From assembly GCA_037381445.1 (NCBI GenBank), contig JARRQT010000063.1, positions 1-13,931 on the forward strand: 13,931 bases of DNA. The letters are read 5' to 3'. Within the stretch, counting starts at the first letter, position 1, and each line of letters starts with the position of its first letter. The position numbers were made by a program, and so were the translations under genes. Under the pieces are notes generated by a model. That model was not told the DNA's origin and did not search any database. It was given only the letters and a program-made list of their open reading frames with translations. This document shows, piece after piece, positions 9,066-13,931 of this stretch. This DNA is from Calditrichia bacterium (GTDB lineage: Bacteria > Calditrichota > Calditrichia > RBG-13-44-9).

Positions 9066-9671
9066 ATGAAGAATAAAAAGAGTATCATAACCCTTGCTAT
9101 TGAATTGACTTTCTTCATTTTTATCGTTTCCGTTTGGAGCCTCTCCCCGGTTCCCGAAGGGGAGCGTCTGGCCGAGGCGCTGCAGGATACAACCTCGCAT
9201 GCGAAACAGGAAGATCCTGCGGACAGCAGCCGGCGCGGCGGCATGATGGGCGGCCGTCGAGGAATGATGCAGGGCCGCGGCATGATGGGAGGAGGCATGA
9301 TGGGCGGTATGATGGGACAGCCAGTGGATACAACGCAGGGAAAACGCTGGGTTGCCCCCACCTGGACCGATACACTGACAAATCCTGTCGCGGGTAATGC
9401 AGCAGCCGCCAAGGCAGGCAAAACGGTCTATGCCAATACCTGTGCCATTTGTCATGGGACCGCCGGCGAAGGGAACGGGCCTGCGGGAAACAACCTCAAT
9501 CCCCGTCCCGCCAACCTGACCTTGTCCAGGGTCCAGAATCAGTCGGATGGTGCTATTTTCTGGAAGATTACCACGGGCTACGGAATGATGGCTTCCTACA
9601 AAGAAGCGCTCAGTCAGAAACAGCGCTGGGAAGTGGTGGATTATATCCGGAAATTGGGAAAGAAAGAATAG
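9066..9671 (+). CDS. Exported or membrane-anchored monoheme class I cytochrome c with Gly/Met-rich N-terminal arm
   Basis: RBS GGGAGGA precedes ATG 9066, followed by a hydrophobic N-terminus. CAICH heme motif at 9441-9455, then G-x-G-N-G-P-A, PRPANL, QSDGAIFWKIT, a candidate axial Met in GMMASY and RWEVVDYIR. Confidence 0.9.
   Translation: MKNKKSIITLAIELTFFIFIVSVWSLSPVPEGERLAEALQDTTSHAKQEDPADSSRRGGMMGGRRGMMQGRGMMGGGMMGGMMGQPVDTTQGKRWVAPTWTDTLTNPVAGNAAAAKAGKTVYANTCAICHGTAGEGNGPAGNNLNPRPANLTLSRVQNQSDGAIFWKITTGYGMMASYKEALSQKQRWEVVDYIRKLGKKE
9237..9317 (+). repeat. Low-complexity (Gly-Met-Met) x5 coding repeat (GGNATGATG units)
   Basis: Translates to GGMMGGRRGMMQGRGMMGGGMMGGMMG: five GMM units and 10 Met in 27 residues. 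Confidence 0.9.
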
Positions 9672-9984
9672 GACAGAATAAAGACTGAAGCGCTGCTGCA
9701 GCGGTTTAAAACGAACAGTAGCCGGCTTCTTTCCTAAATACGGAAGAGATTGTGGCAGATACTGCCGGAAATTAATTTTTGCTGTCTTCAATTAGTGCTA
9801 TTTTTCGATGGAATTTGAACGGTCTTTTCCCGCCGGGTCCCTTGGATTAACACAACTCTGTAGTTCCTGACCTTCATATTTTCTTCATTTTATTTTTGTA
9901 CAATGCGCTAAGAAACCGGTATAAAGCAATATCAAACCGGGTTTCGGGGGAAAGAAAAATTTCAGGAAAGGGGGAAGGAATCAG

Positions 9985-10437
9985 ATGAATAAAGTTATAC
10001 TGGTTATTAGCGCCGTCCTGCTGGTTGCCGGGGTGTTTGTTACGTTACCACTGTTTGCGGAGAATAATAGTCATCAGAAAGAGAGTATCATAGAAGAATT
10101 GTTTAGTAAACCGGCGAAAAGGCAACCTGTCCAAACGCAGTCGGGCATTGCAATGAATAGTCCGGCCGCTAACGAAGATTTTGTCCTGTTTCAGAATTAT
10201 CCCAATCCATTCAATCCGGAAACGAATATTGTATTCGATTTGCAGAACGGCGGGCACGTGGCGCTCTCGGTGTACGATATTGTAGGACACAGAGTGGATG
10301 TTTTGCTGAACCGCAAGATGTCTCCGGGCGTGCATGTTGTTCAGTTTGACGGGCAGAATCTGCCATCCGGAATTTATTTCTACCGGATGAAGGTTGGAAA
10401 ATACATGCAGGTCAGGAAGATGGATTTGCTTGGTTAA
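9985..10437 (+). CDS. Small secreted protein consisting almost entirely of a T9SS type A (Por) C-terminal sorting domain
   Basis: Signal peptide MNKVILVISAVLLVAGVFVTLPLFA, a ~40-aa linker, then LFQNYPNPFNPETNI...LSVYDIVG...LPSGIYFYRM...RKMDLL. RBS GGAAGGA. Confidence 0.9.
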   Translation: MNKVILVISAVLLVAGVFVTLPLFAENNSHQKESIIEELFSKPAKRQPVQTQSGIAMNSPAANEDFVLFQNYPNPFNPETNIVFDLQNGGHVALSVYDIVGHRVDVLLNRKMSPGVHVVQFDGQNLPSGIYFYRMKVGKYMQVRKMDLLG

Positions 10438-10511
10438 TGGGAGTTTTGAGAAAGTGCGGACATAGCCGGGCATCAAAAAGAAAATAAAATGAGAGAAGGA
10501 GTGACGGAAAA

Positions 10512-10763
10512 ATGCATGGATACTGGGGATGGGGCGGAGAAAGCCTGGGCTGGATTTTCTGGATTCTGATTATTCTTATCATCCTGTGGGTCATTCTCAG
10601 ATTTGCCACCAATTATCGCAATCCGCGAAGAAGGAACCGGGACTTTACCTTGCATAATGATAGCCCGCTGGAGATTTTGAAGCGGCGATATGCCAGGGGA
10701 GAGATATCCAAAGAAGAATATGAAAAAATGAAAAAGGATCTGGAAGAGGAAAACAAAAAATGA
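10512..10763 (+). CDS. Small single-TM membrane protein with C-terminal SHOCT domain (copy 1)
   Basis: MHGYWGWGG N-terminus, TM segment WIFWILIILIILWVIL and SHOCT-type SPLEILKRRYARGEISKEEYEKMKKDL. RBS AAGGAG. Confidence 0.9.
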   Translation: MHGYWGWGGESLGWIFWILIILIILWVILRFATNYRNPRRRNRDFTLHNDSPLEILKRRYARGEISKEEYEKMKKDLEEENKK

Positions 10764-10947
10764 GACGCCGGCTGCGGATTTTGGGAAACTCCGGAAGCAT
10801 TTAGATTGATGGTTTGGGATCGTTTAGATTTTTGTGGAATCAACAGGTTTATGAGTGGCAGGATCCGGGGATGCAAATTAAAAGGAGAGATATCAAATTG
10901 GATAAAATCGGGATTTTAAAAACGTTGACAAAAAGGAGGAAAAGCGT

Positions 10948-11184
10948 ATGTGGCATGGATGGGGAGGAGCCGGCTGGGGAGGAATGTGGCTCGGCTGGCT
11001 GTTCTGGCTGATCATTCTGATTATTATCATCTGGGTAGTGCTGCGGGTGCTTAGCAGCAACCAGATAAGGCGGGGAGACGGCGGATCCGGAGAATCGGCG
11101 CTGGATATTCTCAAGAAAAGATATGCCAGGGGAGAGATTTCCAAGGAACAGTTTGACAAAATGAAAAAGGATCTGGAGTCCTGA
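10948..11184 (+). CDS. Small single-TM membrane protein with C-terminal SHOCT domain (copy 2)
   Basis: MWHGWGGAGWGGMW N-terminus, TM segment WLFWLIILIIIIWVVL and SALDILKKRYARGEISKEQFDKMKKDL. Strong RBS AAGGAGG. Confidence 0.9.
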   Translation: MWHGWGGAGWGGMWLGWLFWLIILIIIIWVVLRVLSSNQIRRGDGGSGESALDILKKRYARGEISKEQFDKMKKDLES

Positions 11185-11198
11185 CCTCCCGCTGATTA

Positions 11199-11257
11199 TC
11201 TCTGGTCTGTGCGGTCCGCGGTAAATGACAGCTGTAATTGCAGACGCACAGCAGAGA
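11199..11257 (+). other. Long imperfect inverted repeat / stem-loop just downstream of SHOCT copy 2
   Basis: Nested pairings tctctg/cagaga, ctgtgc/gcacag, gtc/gac and gcggt/attgc give about 20 bp including G-U pairs. No U-tract follows. Confidence 0.6.
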
Positions 11258-11331
11258 ATTCCGGAGATGGGAATGAAAGGATAAAAACAAAGAGGCAATT
11301 CCAGGATATGATGCAGCGGAAAAAGGGAAAT

Positions 11332-11619
11332 TTTGAGCATCAGGAAGAACAGCACAAACTACTGTCCTCTCAGGAAAAAAAGAATGCTCATGGAGATCAG
11401 TTGAACCTGGCTCAAAAACAGCACAATAGTCAGGATCGTCATTGCCGTCATACGTACATGGTGAGTGGTTTTTGCAGGCATTTCCGGGCTTCCCGGGCAA
11501 TTCCGCCGGCGGTAGGTGTGCCGTATTCGAAGCGGACTGTGTTCGGGCCGGCTCAATACGCAGTGCTGATGTCCCTTCGCAATATCATCGTGGCAATCAG
11601 CATCAGGCGGCTTAAAATG
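11332..11619 (+). pseudogene. Internally deleted remnant of a CopB-like (P1B-3) copper-translocating P-type ATPase: His-rich N-terminus fused to the last two TM segments
   Basis: Lies within ORF 11209..11664. A His-rich stretch ending DRHCRHTYMVSGFCRHFRASR resembles CopB H..H..MV.DF..RFWVSL. It is followed directly by AIPPAVGVPYSKRTVFGPAQYAVLMSLRNIIVAISIRRLK, resembling the CopB C-terminal AIPLAAGVL...LSPAVGAVLMSLSTIIVAINA..LK. No DKTGT, TGES, CPx or GDGxND motif remains. Recognised from memory of the family, not from a search. Confidence 0.78.
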
Positions 11620-11699
11620 AAGGATAATAAGAAGTCAGGGGCATACTGCTTCATGACGGTATAAATTAAACAGAACCCATAAACATAAAGGAGAAAGCA

Positions 11700-11987
11700 A
11701 TGTCAAAGCGCAGTGCATATATCGAAAAGATGGGGGCCCAATTGAGGGAATGGAATGGGCAGCTGGATGTTTTAAAAGCCAGGTACGACAAGAAAAAGGC
11801 GGATGTGAAAATCGATTATTATGATCTGCTGGACAAGGCCAAAAAAAGAAGTTCCGTTGCTCAGAAACAGTTGAGAGATATCGGGGATGCCAGCGAAGAT
11901 ACCTGGGAAGGCATGAAAGACGGATTCGAAAAAAGCTGGAAAGAGCTGAAGAGCACGATGGAAAAAGTCAACTCGCGGTTCAAATAA
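11700..11987 (+). CDS. Small charged coiled-coil protein (Sll1863-like stress-associated family)
   Basis: Strong RBS AAGGAG. The pattern AYIEKM.AQL.EW...LD.LKA and ASEDTWE.MK.G.EKSW.ELK matches a widespread ~95-aa coiled-coil family. Confidence 0.8.
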   Translation: MSKRSAYIEKMGAQLREWNGQLDVLKARYDKKKADVKIDYYDLLDKAKKRSSVAQKQLRDIGDASEDTWEGMKDGFEKSWKELKSTMEKVNSRFK

Positions 11988-12249
11988 GATGAACCGAATA
12001 CAATGGCCGGCCAGGCCATTGAGAGAAATTCGGATGGCAATTGGGATTCGAAATCCTATCTGCCTGTGATATAAATCTGAGGGCCTTGCATGGCTGTTGC
12101 CGGCGGGCCCTTTATTTAGGATGGCAGGACCCAGACAAAAACAAAAGAATATTTCCCCCCGGGGAATTAATAGCATGGCTGATGCCTTTGAATGCTGATT
12201 ACGGATTAAAGTAATCCATTTAAACTGGTGAAATAAGGGAAAGCAAATT

Positions 12250-13386
12250 ATGAGTCTGCAACAAAAAGCGCCAAAACCGGATCCTATAACGGCTGCTTCC
12301 TGGAAGGAACATTTGAAAGGCGAAATCGACGCTTCATTTCTTTATGAAGCACTGGCAGAGATTGAGACTTCCGAGAGAAAGCAAGAGGTGCTATCCCGAA
12401 TGGCCTCTATTGAAAAACGGCATGTCGACCTGCTGAAAAAATTGCTGTCTGAGAACAACATATCTATCGGGGCGCTCAAACCTTCTTTCCGGGCCCGGTT
12501 TCTGGTGTGGGCTGCGCGAAATTTCGGCAGGAATATGGTTTACTGGCTGATGCTGCGGGAAGAGGGCCGTGAGGTGAAGGGATATCTCAGGCTGTTTAAA
12601 GATAGTCCCGCCGGTTCTGCCCGGGAGACCACTCATACCCTGGCCAAAGAATCCGTTCAGCACGCCGAAGCGCTGCGGAAGATTACCGGCACTCACGGGG
12701 AACCCTGGCACCAGGCAGAATCCGGCGGACTCTTGCGGGATATCGTTTATGGGTTTAACGATGGATTGACTGCGAATTTCGGTTTGGTGGCGGGCATCAT
12801 CGGGGCTGCAGTGGAGCCCCATATCATTCTGATTTCCGGTTTGGCGGGAATGGTTGCGGATGCTCTGTCAATGGGGAGTTCGGGCTATCTGGCGGCAAAA
12901 AGCGAGGAAGAAGTGTATGCCCATGAAATTTACATGGAAAAGGAAGAAATTGCCCTGATGCCTGAACTGGAAACGGAAGAACTGGCCCTGATTTACGAAG
13001 CAAAAGGGATTGAACCGAAACAGGCGCGGCAGATGGCCGAGGAGATCATGAAGGATCCGGAGCGTGCCCTCGCGGAAGAGGCTCGGGAAGAACTGGGAAT
13101 CGGAACATCCTATACTACGCCCCTCCGGCAGGGAGTGATTACCGGAATCGCCACCGGGATAGGAGCGTTCATTCCGGTTGCACCTTGTATCTTTCTGAAC
13201 GGTCCCGTGGCGGTATGGGTCGCTTTTTCCATTGCCATGGCATCTCACTTTGGGGTGGGTGCTGCGCGGAATATTTTCACCGGAAGGGGCTTCTTTCGCA
13301 GCGGTTTTGATATGTTCGTGGTCGGGTTCGGCGTGGCGCTGGTCGGTTATTTCTTCGGAGATTTGATTGTCAAGCTCTTCCGCTGA
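12250..13386 (+). CDS. Ferritin-like (rubrerythrin-type) N-terminal domain fused to a VIT1/CCC1 Fe/Mn transporter
   Basis: N-terminal four-helix pattern: E25, E55xxH58, E104/E105/E108, E134-S-x-x-H138. Linker GEPWH. VIT1 part: LRDIVYGFNDGL, ALSMGSSGYLAAKSE, a Glu-rich cytosolic segment (EKEE...ETEEL...REELG) and C-terminal TM helices. Confidence 0.92.
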   Translation: MSLQQKAPKPDPITAASWKEHLKGEIDASFLYEALAEIETSERKQEVLSRMASIEKRHVDLLKKLLSENNISIGALKPSFRARFLVWAARNFGRNMVYWLMLREEGREVKGYLRLFKDSPAGSARETTHTLAKESVQHAEALRKITGTHGEPWHQAESGGLLRDIVYGFNDGLTANFGLVAGIIGAAVEPHIILISGLAGMVADALSMGSSGYLAAKSEEEVYAHEIYMEKEEIALMPELETEELALIYEAKGIEPKQARQMAEEIMKDPERALAEEAREELGIGTSYTTPLRQGVITGIATGIGAFIPVAPCIFLNGPVAVWVAFSIAMASHFGVGAARNIFTGRGFFRSGFDMFVVGFGVALVGYFFGDLIVKLFR

Positions 13387-13639
13387 CGTTATGTGAGTCC
13401 GGAAATCATGCGCAAATTTCTGATTATCTTCTCTCTTTTAATCCATTCATGAATTGTTTAAATTTTTGCTGTTCTTCTGCCGGGATCCGCTTTTGCACTT
13501 TGCAGTCGATCAGCGGATGCGTGCAAAAAAAGAAATCCGGGAACTGAGTGGGTCCTGCATCTTTTAACAACTGGTTTTTAACTGGATAAATTTATTTACT
13601 GTCTTGATCAATAAATTTTCATTAAAGCGTGGATAGAGA

Positions 13640-13931
13640 ATGATACCGATTTTATTGAAATTAGGGCCCCTCACTATCGGCAGTTACGGCGTGATGCTGG
13701 CCACAGCCTTTCTGACGACCCTGTGGCTGCTGAAAAGAGAATTTGTGCGAAATAAATTCGACGGAGATTGGGCCTATTCCATCGTTATCTGGGCCGCCAT
13801 CGGGGGAATTGTGGGCGCCCGGCTTTACTTTATTTTTGAGCATACCGGTGAATTTCTTCAGAATCCGCTGGGAATGATTTTCAGCGGCAGCGGCCTCACC
13901 TGGTACGGTGGATTCATCGGCGGATTTATTG
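13640..13931 (+). CDS. lgt: Prolipoprotein diacylglyceryl transferase (5' part; runs off the right edge)
   Basis: Translated by hand: MIPILLKLGPLTIGSYGVMLATAF...AAIGGIVGARLYFIF...NPLGMIFSGSGLTWYGGFIGG. It carries the Lgt YG, GARL.Y/F and G...YGG motifs. Absent from the ORF track because no stop codon lies in the window. Confidence 0.93.
   Translation, partial: MIPILLKLGPLTIGSYGVMLATAFLTTLWLLKREFVRNKFDGDWAYSIVIWAAIGGIVGARLYFIFEHTGEFLQNPLGMIFSGSGLTWYGGFIGGFI

Noticed and set aside
9237..9317. Short tandem repeats considered as a CRISPR array or VNTR
   Set aside because: They are 9-nt units within a coding frame with synonymous variation, and there is no repeat-spacer structure or cas gene.
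8727..9791. 354-aa minus-strand ORF with a His-rich tract (HHTAHHASSHH) that looks metal-binding
   Set aside because: The His pairs are the reverse complement of the ATGATG (Met-Met) repeats of the cytochrome c. It overlaps two supported + strand genes.
10925..10952. Perfect TTGACA -35 hexamer
   Set aside because: It abuts the RBS. The matching -10 position would overlap the start codon of 10948 and is a poor match.
11209..11664. 151-aa ORF taken as an intact novel protein from GTG 11209
   Set aside because: The start lies inside a hairpin with no RBS. The sequence is better explained as a decayed CopB fragment plus flanking read-through.
9774..13477. Shared AATTTTTGCTGT(T)CTTC at 9774-9789 and 13461-13477
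   Set aside because: A 12-nt AT-rich exact match is expected by chance in 14 kb. There is no transposase or further similarity to support a target-site duplication.

Overview
Bacterial chromosomal window of about 50% GC. A YPNPFNP-type T9SS sorting domain points to an FCB-group or Calditrichota-like host (inference). Two real genes are missing from the ORF track because they cross the window edges: a >=754-aa secreted beta-lactamase-family (S12) serine hydrolase on the minus strand (<1..2264) and lgt (13640..>13931). The hydrolase has an unusual signal peptide / PA14-like / ankyrin / S12 / 2x DUF3471-like architecture. Divergent from it lie a RibD_C reductase, DDAH, an AlkD-family glycosylase, a proline-iminopeptidase-like hydrolase and an ABC1/UbiB kinase. 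From 8520 to the end is a co-oriented cluster that looks like a metal (Cu/Fe) and envelope-redox module. It encodes an RseC-family protein, a monoheme cytochrome c with a (GMM)x5 Met-rich arm, a near cargo-less T9SS CTD protein, two duplicated membrane SHOCT proteins, a coiled-coil protein, a ferritin-like/VIT1 fusion and Lgt. It also hides an internally deleted remnant of a CopB-type P1B copper ATPase. Several intergenic spacers fold into long imperfect hairpins, most densely upstream of the VIT1 gene. No CRISPR array, tRNA, rRNA or transposase was seen.
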